Shown here: positions 50,013 through 62,670 of the stretch, piece after piece
How positions within the stretch are numbered: the first letter of the stretch is position 1
How the letters are laid out: the number at the start of each line of letters is the position of its first letter
Assembly (NCBI GenBank): GCA_053919585.1
Contig: CM132785.1
Source: Euprymna scolopes
Lineage: Eukaryota
Direction: 5' to 3' (one strand)
Length of the DNA stretch: 64,000 nt
Notes under the pieces: model-generated
The model's database searches: none
Seen by the model: only the letters and a program-made list of their open reading frames with translations
Told to the model about the DNA's origin: nothing
Made by a program: the position numbers and the translations under genes

Positions 50013-51467
50013 TGACGTGTCTGTGTGTGTCTGTGTACATTTCCTTACGCAACAACTTTGTCAATTTTAAGTCTACAGGCTCGAAATTTGATATACAGGG
50101 TACTGAGATTTGGGAAAGTCTTAGTGAGATATTTGGCTGTTACGGAGTCAAAGTTTAACGATTTGACTTTTGAGAACTGTACCAGACTCTTCCAACAATT
50201 TTGGGTCCAAACACTTGAAATTTTTGATATATATTCGGTGGACAGGGTTCTAACTTGATAAGTCGATTTGGGCCAAAAACAATAAATGTTAAGGGGTCAT
50301 AATAGCGGTCAAAGTTTAAAAAAAATTGACCGCTTTCTTTTTTTTTTTTTTTGCTCAACATCCACCTCCAAACACCCAGGCAACGCCGGGCTGAAATACT
50401 AGCATATATATAAAAGTGAAAGTGTCTTTCTCTGTGTCTGTCTGTGTACATGTCACTAAATCTATGTGATCGGTTTTTGGTCAGAAATTTGCTGTTAAGG
50501 GGTCAAAGTTCAACGATTTGACTCTTCCGCCAATTTTGGGGCCCTGTCGGTGGGGCATTAGAATACACCGACTGTTCCCCTGCAGATGGTAAAAGTCCCT
50601 CAATAGGGGTCCTGGATATGACCTTAAACTATATCCAGTGGTGAGGCCTCAGATTGCGGGTTTGGAGAGTGTGGGGCCACCCTTTAATTACCATTGCTAC
50701 CAGGTACACTCTGGCCCGGAGTGGTAGTACCTGTTATGGTTCCAACTATCGGTTAAATAGAAACCGACTTGAAAACAACAAATATATTCTATTAAAATTT
50801 TTTCTTCAAAATCTTTGGATTCAGCATTAAATAACCCGAAAAGGGTTGATATGCCGTAAAACAAAAACAACCAACCAACCAACCATCCACTAATTTTGGG
50901 TCTAAACACTGGAAATTTTAAATATAGGTTCCTTGGACATGGATATAGCTTAATAACTTGATTTGAGCCCAAAACAATAACTGTTAAGGGGTCATAATAA
51001 GGGTCAAATTAAAAAAAAAAATGACCTCTGTTATCTCTACAAAATTACTCAGACAATTTAGAGATAGAACAAGCTTTTTAATCGGTATGGGTAAAAAATT
51101 TGAGCTATCAATATATAAATGTATGTATGTATGTTTGCATGTCTGCCTAAGGCTTTCGACAGAGGCGACGGAGTTTCACAAGATCAGTATCATTTTGTAA
51201 GCTCGACCGTTCAGACGACAAATACCGAACAATTGGCTAAAAACATTCATTTCTTCACCCTCAACTGGGCACTTTTCTACATGGAGGGGTCGCTTTTTCG
51301 CCGATATTTTCGAAAGTCATCCCCTCTTTTCGATTGTCTAGCCTTAATTTAACCTACGTCACTTCCAGTTTGGCGGTGGTCGTAACAGCAAAGACATTTG
51401 TTTTTACCCCCGGTTCTTTTCCTCCTTTGCGGTACGGGTTCGAACCTGCCTTCCTAGTACCATGCTA

Positions 51468-51527
<60 letters not shown>

Positions 51528-51535
51528 TTAATTAT

Positions 51536-51576
51536 CCACTGACACGCATTTCGTCCTCTACGACTCATCAGAGAGG
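51536..51576 (-). ncRNA. Minimal type I hammerhead ribozyme (one member of an inverted pair)
   Basis: CCUCU CUGAUGA GUC-GUAGAG-GAC GAA AUGCGUGU C^ AGUGG. The plus-strand partner at 51577-51633 has an internal duplication and a palindromic stem III ACACGUGU. Confidence 0.8.
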
Positions 51577-51648
51577 CTGATGAGTCGTAGACGACAAAAC
51601 ACGAGTCGTAGACGCCGAAACACGTGTCAGTGGATAATTATATTTTAA

Positions 51649-51729
<81 letters not shown>

Positions 51730-51858
51730 GCTCCCCCTGTGGGAGTACCAAATTGATTAAAGGGAAAATTATTCCCAACTCGCATTTAGGTAAAAATGCA
51801 CTTTCGTAAATAATGTAATTCATTCAAAACGTATCGCAAAAACAAAAACAAATAACAT

Positions 51859-51921
<63 letters not shown>

Positions 51922-52019
51922 TAATATTTATTATTATTATTATTAACAATAATAAAAATATTAATATTGTTAGTAATAATAATAGTAATATTACTACTAA
52001 TAATAATACTACTAAAATT

Positions 52020-52071
<52 letters not shown>

Positions 52072-52076
<5 letters not shown>

Positions 52077-53839
52077 CAGAAGTACTCGTCGTTGACTGGG
52101 TTCAAAAACAGCCTACAGAAAATGAACTGTGATTGATGAAAGTATGATAGGTTATGAAAAGGAGGAGTTTGTAAAGAGATAGGGGTTGATACTCAAAAAT
52201 CTTACCCTAAGCAAAATATGATGAAAGTAAAGATAATTTTCGCGAAAATATATTTTTTATATAAACTTGGTTTCCATTCGTAGCCAAGAGTGACCAACAA
52301 ATTGATATTTCCTTACAAAGAGAAAATGTTATATATATAATAATATAAATATACAAGAAATAAATGTTACCATATTCAATAAAAGTTACTTTTATGGTGG
52401 AAAAGTTCATTGGTTTGTATTTTTAAGTAATTTGTAATTTTTTTTTAAATTTATAAACCGGTTTAAAAAAATCAAAATGGCAGCGCCTTTGAAATGGAGA
52501 GCCCCGTTTTCAATTTGAAGGAGGGACACCTGAGCATTCTGTGTTAACAATTTAAGAGAGTTCTGTCAACGTAAGGAATATTTACAAACATATTTTGATG
52601 TTTTCCGTTATTTTGTGCTTGAGGAATATTCGATTATGGCATTTGTAGTTTATATAAACATTCATTTAAGTAGTTATCGCCTCAAATTTTGTTTTAATTT
52701 CCGTTCGTTGAAATTATTTCAAGTAAAGAGAATTAAAAACTATTTCAAAACAACCAAAAAACATGAACTGAACTTTTATTGACTGTGGTAACATTTATTT
52801 CTTGTATATTTATTTTTTCGGGTAATCGTTCGTTGGCTTTTCTGCTAAACACTCTTATTAAATAATATCGATGAAATATCGAAAAACAAAGAAACAAAAA
52901 CAGTTTTGAAAAATAATGAATCTTAATCGGATTCAGGGTTGTACTATTGTAATATAAAGAACACGCAGAAAGGGTTGTAATCAACTGAATTCCTTCTAGT
53001 ATACTGATAAAAAAGCTTAAACTGAAATATAAATAAAAAATAAAAAGGTTATGTAAATGTTTTTAAAAAGACACGTAATCACGTGAGCAGGATTTTATCC
53101 TTCTTTTGGCACGATAAAAAGTAACGTTCTTTTTTTATTATTTATCTATTAATCTATTTTCGAAAGAGTGCCACGTGCAAGTGGAGAAGGAAAAAAACAG
53201 AGTTATGCAAAATTTGTGTCGAGAATTGTCTAAAGTTCCGACTTTTAGGGGGCTTTCACTTTAATAAGAACGTGAATTTATGAGGTGTATTTATTCGACA
53301 CAATATGATACAACTAAAAAAAAATAAATGAAAACTAACGTGAATTAAGATTAAAGTTAAGGTGTTATTGTGGGCCCTCACCCCTTTTAAAAAAAACCTT
53401 GTTAAACTTTGTGACATATTTACATTCTATGGAGGTCAGGCGCGAACGAACACCCAATAATTTTATTATACCAAATTCTTTCAAACTGAAACATAATTAT
53501 GCAAGTATACTTACGCAAATAAATATGAAAAGTCTTTGTTAAAGTTTGTACCATATTTCCATGGAGTACAGGTGCGAACGCAGACCCCACAATTTTATTA
53601 TACCATCCCTATTTAAGTTGAAACATACTTATCAAAGTATTCTTACGTACATCTATATCAAAAACCCTTATAAACGTTTTTTTTTTTTTTTTCATTATTT
53701 ATTTCCATACTGTAGGGGCGAGGCGCGAACGCAGACCCCACAATTTTTCTGAACCACCGTTCTGTCAGATCAAACATACCCATTCCTGATCCTCGATACA
53801 TCTTATATCATTATATGTAATCAGTTTTTTAAACCATAT
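52072..53839 (-). mobile_element. Helitron (family 2) split by a ~1.2-kb AT-rich insertion
   Basis: 3' end at 52072-52182 and body at 53395-53839 are homologous to 24862-25670. Confidence 0.75.
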
Positions 53840-55991
53840 NNNNNNNNNNNNNNNNNNNNNNNNNNNNNNNNNNNNNNNNNNNNNNNNNNNNNNNNNNNNN
53901 NNNNNNNNNNNNNNNNNNNNNNNNNNNNNNNNNNNNNNNNNNNNNNNNNNNNNNNNNNNNNNNNNNNNNNNNNNNNNATTAATATTTAGTAACAAAATAC
54001 AGTACAGTATATAATACACATTTATATAATCAAATAACATCATAAGTAATACCGTAGGGCGGGGGAAAGTACCGTATCCAGGGGCCCCAAACATGGCATA
54101 CCACATCGTAATCTAAAAACCCGTATCCTAGGGCAACATGATATCCCGGGGCTCTACTGTGTATGCGTATGGGCGTGGCTCAGAGTCTAATGAATGAGGG
54201 TGGAGAGTTTGTTTATTCTATTCCTCAAAACATTATATTTATATAAACATTAATTACAACTAGAATTTAATTTCAAACGAACAATAAATCCTAGACTAGC
54301 AAGGTTATCTGGCATCGTCCGGCAGAGAAATATAATGCCACGTATAGAAACTCGGTCATATATGTGTAAAAATAGTTTTATTTTATTTGGTTCATTGATC
54401 GCTCATCGATAAGAATAATTATATGTTTTAATATAATCACTGTTTCCACTTGTTTGTTGTGATGGTTGATTCAATTGAGAAGTTCGCAATTGGGTTCAAG
54501 ATTTTTATTAGTGTGTGTTCTGTACATTCGTGGTTAAATTTATATAGACTTGCGCATGATAAGGTAATATAATAGTTGCGTGGTATAGCGGGTTTATTGT
54601 TGTTTTATAGTCATCCCGTAATAGTGTTCGCAATTGGCAATGATGGCCGCAACTCGTTGTTAGTAGTTACATATATTATTCGTTAATGATGAGCCCTTTC
54701 AGCTTGCTTTCAAATTCATGAAGTATGTTTCTGAATTAAATCTTCGGCGATGGTAACTTGCTTTTTATCCAACATAATTATAATATGCCCCTTTAGGTTG
54801 AGAATATATATACTTTATAGCACTCATTAAATCATAGCATATTTCCATCGTTTGTTCGCGCGTGGGAAGAGAAGTGAGTGTTGTAGTGGAAATTGGAATG
54901 ATAGTCCAGTGTGTAGACAAATACAAAGAATGGAGAGTTGACGTCAGTTAGTAGTCAGATACGCGAAGGTGTTCTCAGGGAACAGTAGTAGATAGAGAGA
55001 GAAAGAGTGTAGGTACTGTCTGTTGGCCTTTTGTCCCACATAGATAGTAGGCCGACCGGCTCGAAAGCTCGGCCTAAAAAAAAGCGATTAGAAACAGCTT
55101 GTCTCTTTGTTTTATACTCGTTTCCGGAGGTCTTTTGCGCATGTGTATATTTCCATAGAAAGCGGAAGTGACGTCGTCCATGTGTGCGTTCGTGTGCGCG
55201 TGTGTGAGTACATATGCGTGCGTTAGCATGTGTGTATATACACGTGACTGTGAGTGTATGTACGCGAACGTGAATATATGTACGTGTGTGGACGTGGGCG
55301 CGTATGTTTGCGTGTGCGTATGTATATGACATAGCTTGAAATATGAATGTGTGTTTTTGTGCGAGACTAGAAAAGGTTCGCACATACTTTATAGCACTCA
55401 TTAAATCATAGCATATTCCCATGCAAAATAAAGATGCACTTGTAAAAGACTAAAAATTCAAAGACAGAAATAGAATGAGAAAGTTAGTGCTTGTGTGCTT
55501 GCATGTGCGCCAGTCTGTACCTGTCAGTGCGTGCGTACTAGTGTGTATTTGCGTGTGCTTTCGTACATATACTCGTGTCTGCGTGAGGATCTGGGCGTAC
55601 ATGAAAATATATAGGCATATGTGGGAGTTTGCGTATATGCGCGTGTGAGCACGTACATGCATACGCGTATATGTGCGAGTTAGTAGACACATTCGACTCG
55701 ATGCGTATGTGTGTGCGCGCGATTATGCACACGACGTGTGTAGGACAGGCGCCCGCCCCTTCCAACATAGCCTTTAAATAGACATTCGAACCGCGCAGAT
55801 GCGCCAGTAAGGCAACCAACCTNNNNNNNNNNNNNNNNNNNNNNNNNNNNNNNNNNNNNNNNNNNNNNNNNNNNNNNNNNNNNNNNNNNNNNNNNNNNNN
55901 NNNNNNNNNNNNNNNNNNNNNNNNNNNNNNNNNNNNNNNNNNNNNNNNNNNNNNNNNNNNNNNNNNTATGTATGTGTAATTTAAATATATG

Positions 55992-56038
<47 letters not shown>

Positions 56039-57369
56039 CCACAATGAGAAAAAATTAATGTATATATATATGCATTGCATATATATACAGGCACGCACGC
56101 ACGCATACTCAAGTACACACACACACACACACACACACACTTGTGTACTGACCCAAAACAAAAACACACAAAGAAATATTCGTATTGATTTGGAGTAACT
56201 AAGGACAAAATCGATCTACCCTGGATTATGATCGCTTAATTGAACTCTAACAACCGTCACATCTCTATGGCACAACTTCGTTCTGGGTCGTTCGACGCCA
56301 TTTTAGGCCATACTTTATTATGGAACGATCCATTCGACTTCTCTCTTCTGGTTACATACGAGAAGTTCCGATGTAATAATATTAATTGAAAAGATTGGAT
56401 TTGACGATATTTCCTAAAGATCTATTCTGGTTTTATTATATTTATTTTTGCAATTTTTCCAGCCTTTCGGTCGTTTTAATCGCCGAACTTTTTTGCGTTG
56501 ATCTCTTTTATTAACCAACTACGCAGTTATATACGAGACTTAATTTTTGCATGTGAACAGATAGATAACATATCTACTGATGTATTGGTCAGATACAAGT
56601 AACAGCTGTGTGAAACTCAGGTTTTATCATCACATGACTGGATGTAAAGGCATACTCGAGTAAGTTATCTGACTCTTTCTTCTTTGACTATGAATATATA
56701 AAATTAAAATAAAATACTGTATGTTTTTAGCGAATCGATTCCCTTCTGTTATTCAGTGGACGTGTTACATATTAGGGACTCTGCGTCAGTAGCAATTAAG
56801 TTAGCTAGTGTTAATTTTGACACGGGACACATTGAGTGCATAATAATAACAGATATCTGTAAAACAGAATTGTTGCCAGGCTTGAATAAAAGATGTGCAA
56901 CAAGGAAGGAGCAATAGGTCAAAACACTTTAGACAAAACAATATTGAACAATGACGAATGACATCACATTTTCGAGGAAATAACGTTATGGTTTTCAGAT
57001 GAGTTTGTGAGGGAAGCGATGAGGGCGAGACATGCTAATGATGTAGAAAACAGATAATCTCAACGAATGTTTCTGATATCTCTGTCCGTCTAGGTAACTC
57101 ATTTCTTTAGTTAGCAATTTTAGTTTAAGAAGTAAATAATTCTTAACATACATGAATCTCTTTCTTCGTAAGTGCATTATTTTCGTATAAAACCTTGAAG
57201 AAACTTAGCGAACATCTCCTCGTGTCATCTTTCTGCATAGAAAGAAGCGAAAAACAGTGAGGAAGAAAAACAACAAAGTCAGTTCGTAATGAAGAGGAAA
57301 AAAATGAAAAATAGATAATTCATGTTTATTCGTATGTTCATGCTATATAACGGACATTTAATGGAGTAA

Positions 57370-57815
57370 GCTTTTATTTGTTGTTAAAAAATGAAAGAAC
57401 AGTTAGAAATGACTTATATACCATACATTATGACCAAGTACTCCCTACAGCCACCTACATTGAAAATGCTGCTGTGAAACCTAGCATAGTTATATGGAAT
57501 AAGTCAGAGAGAGTTCCAACCTTGGTTGAAGTGAGTGTCCCTTATGATGGAGGTCTGAACAAAGCTGAAAGAAAGAAACAGACCAAATATCAAGGTCTCA
57601 TGTATGATATGAAAAGAAACTGGAATCTTAGGGAGATGTGCCACGGGGATTATGAAGAAGAACCTGAAGTCCTACCTAACCAATATTCCTGGTGAACCAA
57701 GTGCAAAAGAGATTCAGACAGTTAAAGGAACAACGAGGATACTAAAATGAGCTATCGGTTGGTTTCAATAAAAAGCAGTGCAATGTTGGCAGCTGGTTTG
57801 GCTGCCTGATGCTCA
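57370..57815 (+). mobile_element. RLE endonuclease fragment of an R4/Dong-type LINE
   Basis: KPSIVIWNK...LVEVSVPYDGGLNKAERKKQTKYQGLMYD, a degenerate PD-(D/E)xK region. Confidence 0.75.
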
Positions 57816-58069
57816 GTGGTACAATCTTCATAGGAAGAAAAAAAGTTAATGTTTCATTAAGTGGTAGCACAACTGTAGTTCAATTCTCGACTCATCACGT
57901 AGACAATTGAAGTGTTGATGTATAGATAACATGTAGCAGCATCTCGTCCTTTTGTCTCCTCTTCCCTTCTCGTTAGTATCGCTTTGTTCTTTTTAATGGC
58001 GGCGCTTGTAAACGTTAAGAAATCATTTGTTATTAACAGTCATTTCAGCGTTTAAAAGTTCATTCTGAA

Positions 58070-58298
58070 CAGTATATTTTGGCGTATAAGACGATCCTAA
58101 AAGTTTAAAAATATCGTCTTTAAAAACCAATATTTCATAAGATACAGGGAGTTGCAATCTCTAGCCTAGGCTAAACAAACATGGTTTCGTGATTTAGCCG
58201 TCGTCTTATAGAACCGATATGTGATAAATTTATGAAAATTTTCTCCAATTTTGTACCTTGCCTTATCTGACGGTCGCCTTATACGCCGAAATATACGG
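58070..58298. mobile_element. pogo/Tc2-type MITE
   Basis: CAGTATATTTTGGCGTATAAGACGA / TCGCCTTATACGCCGAAATATACGG-TA. Confidence 0.7.
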
Positions 58299-58791
58299 TA
58301 ATAGCCCTAAACCGTAGGGGGAATCTAGGATAAAGCACGACCTCCTTCTTTCGCGATCTACGAATAGAGAAAGATTGTATCAGCATATTCGCCACATGTT
58401 TCATGTTTTGTGACGCGGTGTCATGTAATTTGGTAATCTAATACTTTCTGTAACCACGTTCAAGTGATTGGGTATCGATTAAAAATCAAACACATTAAAC
58501 TGTTTACGTGATAGATTAAAATAATAGTTTTATTATTAAACAAAGAATTCGCATTAAAGGCATTTGAGAATTTTACCGTTTGCGAAATAATTAAACATGT
58601 AAATAATACTGCGTGCAATGCCATTATTATTAAGTGTGGAGGTGTTTTCTTTCATTTTTATATGTATATATATATATATATAATAGGACAACAAGAGTAT
58701 GAAATGAAGACACAAAACTATATATAGGTAGATATAGAATAGATCATTTATTGAGTAATGGAATTCAGGCAACATTTGGGGGATAGAAGGG

Positions 58792-58841
58792 ACTCTTTAT
58801 GCCAGGGCATTTCGAAGGCTATTGCTTCTCTTCAGAAGAGT
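58792..58841 (-). ncRNA. Type I hammerhead ribozyme
   Basis: ACUCUU CUGAAGA GAAG-CAAUAGC-CUUC GAA AUGCC-CU-GGCAU A^ AAGAGU. A decayed homologue at 15772-15821 has GAA changed to UAC. Confidence 0.85.
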
Positions 58842-59829
58842 AGAAAAGGTGCTAGGTAGCATGGGGGAGATGCGGCGTCTAGCGTAAAGTTCATTAGGGA
58901 TGAAAAAGATTAAGGGGAATTATGTTGGGAGAAGCTTTATTGAATTCTAAATAAATAGGGAGAAGCTTATAATATATAGTATGATATATAAGAATATATA
59001 TGGTCTTTAACATAGTATTGAGATTAAGGGGTATATGCATTATGGGTAAGTAGGGGTGTATTGTTGCTGTGTGGTAATTTATTTTAACGGTTTGTGGGGA
59101 TGTCTATTTTCTATGGAGTGGGTAATTTTGATTAATTTGGAGGGGTTGTGAAACTGAAAGGTAATATGCGACAATATATTCATAAGTTGCTACTATGATA
59201 TAGGGAGTATGCTCATAAGGGGGCGGTCTGAGATTAGGGTGGCAATGACTATGAGTGCGTATAACTTGATGTAAAAGGTAAAGTTTACATATTGATGTTA
59301 AAATGGGGGAGTTAGGAAACTTATGAGAGTGGTAAACATATACCAAATAATAGTAGAGTAATTATAATAGTACGGAAGATAATAGTAATGACAATTATAA
59401 TAATAGTAGTAATAATAAAGTTGAAAATAAATTAGATGTAAACTTGAATATAAAAAAATTAATATTAAGAAAAATAAAATAAAATAAATAAAATAAAAAT
59501 AAAGGCAAAATTAAAAGTAAACATTAAAATTAAACATTAAATATAATGTTACCAATAGTTGTAATAAAATTAAATTCAAAATTACTTGTAATAACAGTGA
59601 AGATGGATATAATGGTAGCAATTATGGTGTAATGACGGGGATGATAATAATGATATCAATTATAATGATGATTATAATAATAATAATGATGTTTAAACAA
59701 TAATAATAATAACAATAGAAATATTTCTCTTTACTCCTCGCACAAGTCTCATCATCTCTCATAGACTCCCTGCATTCATTGCATCTCTTATTCCACTCAA
59801 AAACTGATACTCAATTCATGCAGTTTGAA

Positions 59830-62670
59830 GCATTTCATATGTTTCTGTGACATTTTTTTGCAAGTTTTAAATAGAATTCTATTGCATATCGTTCTTCTAA
59901 AGTGCCCTCACGTTCAGACTGCATTTTCTAAATTCACCTGGTGTGACAATCAGGCTTTAGTAAGGTGTATTCCAATTCTTGCTATAGCTGTTCCTTTGAA
60001 CTTGAAATCATCAAAATTGGTCAGTCATCTCATGTGATGTATAGCAAGAACATACTGAATTTTCAAGAGTCTACAACGATTTTAAATGTCTTTACCAAAT
60101 CTTTGTGAATGTATTAAAGGCGCCTAGTAAATCTGGCCGTGCACTTAAGCGATTTCTAGATTTTGTTTTAATTTTTATTATAGATACCTCGTAGTAAATG
60201 GAATAAATACGGCTAGAGAAATTTTGCAGTTTTTGAAATATATCCAAAACCGACAATATATACTCTTTCGAAAGTGCTGCTCTCAAATCGCATCTTTAGA
60301 GCACAGTTCGAACGCTGTTCTATATGATCTTCTTTCGCCTCTTTTTTTATCTGACCTTTTTATTTAAATCGAAACATTATGGGTTCAAAATTGATTCATC
60401 AGATGCTCCCATTTTCCTTAAGTAAAACTATCTATTAAATGATCTCGACAGTAATTTGGAATGTGTTACAATCCTTTTACAAACACTACGACCAGCAGTT
60501 GATGATTCTGTTATATCAATTATTTCTTCAAGTGATGAAGAATAAGAAAAAAATCTCGTTTTTTTCACTCGACGGCTCAACAAAGATAACTCATTTTTAA
60601 AAAGTATTAAGTTTTTCGAAGCAGTCGATCATGTTTGCATTTCTGCCTTAGATCGATAAACCCAGGTCATTCATACCACATAGCTTTATGTCAATCAAGT
60701 GCAGAAAAATTTGATTAAATTCTGGCGATTTAAAAGCATCAAGAAGACGTCATTGACTTTCTTTCAAAAAGACTGATTTCTTCTCGAAATTCTAAGAACC
60801 GTATTAAAGATCTTCTTAGTGAATGTCAGCGGACTTCAGTGTGGAAAATTAAAACGGAAAACAGCTTTGAAGATCATTGCAAAATAACTTGAAATGGCTG
60901 TGATTTAGAGCACGGCCTCTAATCCAATTGCTAATATTTACAGAAGTATCAAGTGCTTGCATCAATTCTGGAAGCAAGGTTTTCGATACCAACGCATAAC
61001 GATGAATCAAACAGTATCTTATAAATGATGGATTTCCTGTTTTATCGGACAAAAACCTGATTTATTTCCCAGCATAGCTTGAGCACCATTAGACAATAAT
61101 TCGTATATCTAGTTTATGTTTTTCGAAGAAGTCTTCAACAACCTTAAAAACATCTTTTTTCTTTAATTGCTGTTTTCAACTTTTCATAGAAAAAAAATCC
61201 TGCTTTATTTTACCACCAGCAGGGTGACCCGATGTTGCCCGGGATTGAATGATGATCCTCGAATGTTTCACACTCCCATATTTTTATTGTCATCGAAATC
61301 GGTGAAATCGCTTATTTTTCAATCAAATCGATTCATTACCTGTTCTAGTTGAAGATCCATCGCGGTGCACCAAGAGGAAGCTCACATGCCTCTCGCAGTG
61401 ACTTTATTCTCAATACATTGTGATCCACATTGCACTGTAGAGAACCTACTCTTCATTTTATAAAATCATTTTTATATAATATAGCTTGAAGTAAACTTTC
61501 AAATGCAAAAGTCAAAACTTCAATTGTGCTTTAAACAAACACATTCATTTCGAACGCGCCTCAGTCATATCAAAGAAACCACTGTTGATTTTATATGCCT
61601 GGCCTTATTTGTTGTCTGTTGATAAGTGGTGACCTCCATGTAAAAAAAAATAAATAAAAATAATAGCTTGAATTTTAAGTTGAAAATGAAATAGTCAAGT
61701 ATCATGATTTAATTGTGTGTTAAACAGTGACATCCATTTCTCTCGCGTCCCTGTCATATCAAAGAACGTACTGTTGATTTTATACGCCGGACATATTTGC
61801 TTGTGCGGTGATAAAACTTCTCATATGCATTTGTGATGTTAGACTGTGTTAAAGTGGTAATTTTGGCCAAAATGTTCTATCTTTAATGATTTTTCTTTTA
61901 CGATTATCGATTTTCGATAATTATCGGAGGCATTCCGGTACAAAACCTATCTAAGAACACTCCCAGATACATGAGGTGCATTTGTGCGAAATTTCAAAAA
62001 GTAATCTGTCCAGCCGTTTTGGAGTCTATTGTGAACGAATTCACAGACACACTTAGGCACACAGACAAATTCCTTTTATATAAGAGTAGAGATTATCGAC
62101 ATACGCTACCTGTGCAATAAGCTGTCTACAAATCAAAACGTCAGTAGTCTCATTTAACTGGATAGAAATTTTTCTAGTAACCATCTTTTAAATGTGAAAT
62201 GACATGATCCAAAATATTTAAGCTGGAATTAGAAATCCGGCTTTGAATTTCATTATTTGACAACGGTACTAGCTTCTTCCTTGCTTCCTTGGCGAGAATA
62301 ATAATGGTCATTCACAGTACACAGTTTGATGAGTTCTTCAGCAATGTTATGCGATTTCTTTGTTTTTGCTATTTTAAATGTGCTTTGATACGAAGCTGTT
62401 AACGGTGTTTTTTCAGCATTTACAAACCCTAATTTTGTAATAATTGGTCATGTATCAAAACATTCTATTTTCATTTGCAATGATTCAAAATCATGGCCCA
62501 CAATATTCACACCATCGTGCCGATTGTTGAAATGTTCTGATAACTTAGATGGTTTAAGTTTCCTTCAGACTTTTGCAGATCTTCCGTTTTTCCGATGTAG
62601 GTGAAAGCATACAAACGTAGTCGTCATTCCATCTTCGTTGCTTGGATATTATTAAGTGCTTTGATGGCAA
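59830..62670 (-). pseudogene. Decayed hAT (Buster/Charlie, ZBED5/ZBED8-like) transposase interrupted by a Helitron
   Basis: KPSKLSEHF, KIAKTKKSHNIAEELIK, IQLNETTDV (first catalytic D region), NGAQAMLG (DGA motif) and CLIHRYALVSKTL (CxxH); frameshifted. Confidence 0.8.
61213..62091 (-). mobile_element. Non-autonomous Helitron (family 3); relatives at 8663-9355 (-), 14285-14782 (+), 32560-32720 (-)
   Basis: Minus 5' TCTCTACTCTTATATAAAAG; 3' CCCGGGCAACATCGGG...CTGG; internal homology among the copies. Confidence 0.75.

Larger units (their letters stand above)
580..55966. other. 14 N-runs (134-255 nt): assembly gaps or masked tracts
   Basis: 580-715, 1050-1188, 1814-1984, 11729-11874, 14808-14941, 21955-22105, 28589-28797, 33093-33347, 35014-35164, 41905-42040, 43566-43765, 49170-49360, 53840-53977, 55823-55966. 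Confidence 0.95.

Noticed and set aside
52181-53386. Harbinger-like MITE inserted in the Helitron
   Set aside because: Only a weak AGGGG terminal match; the insertion is evident but its class cannot be supported.
580-55966. N-runs as masked exons of a host gene
   Set aside because: The flanks lack consistent AG/GT splice signals and several gaps clearly interrupt repeats or microsatellites.
960-56208. Long ORFs rich in YI/CV/SL/LL runs or X
   Set aside because: They are translations of microsatellites or read-through of N-runs, not genes.
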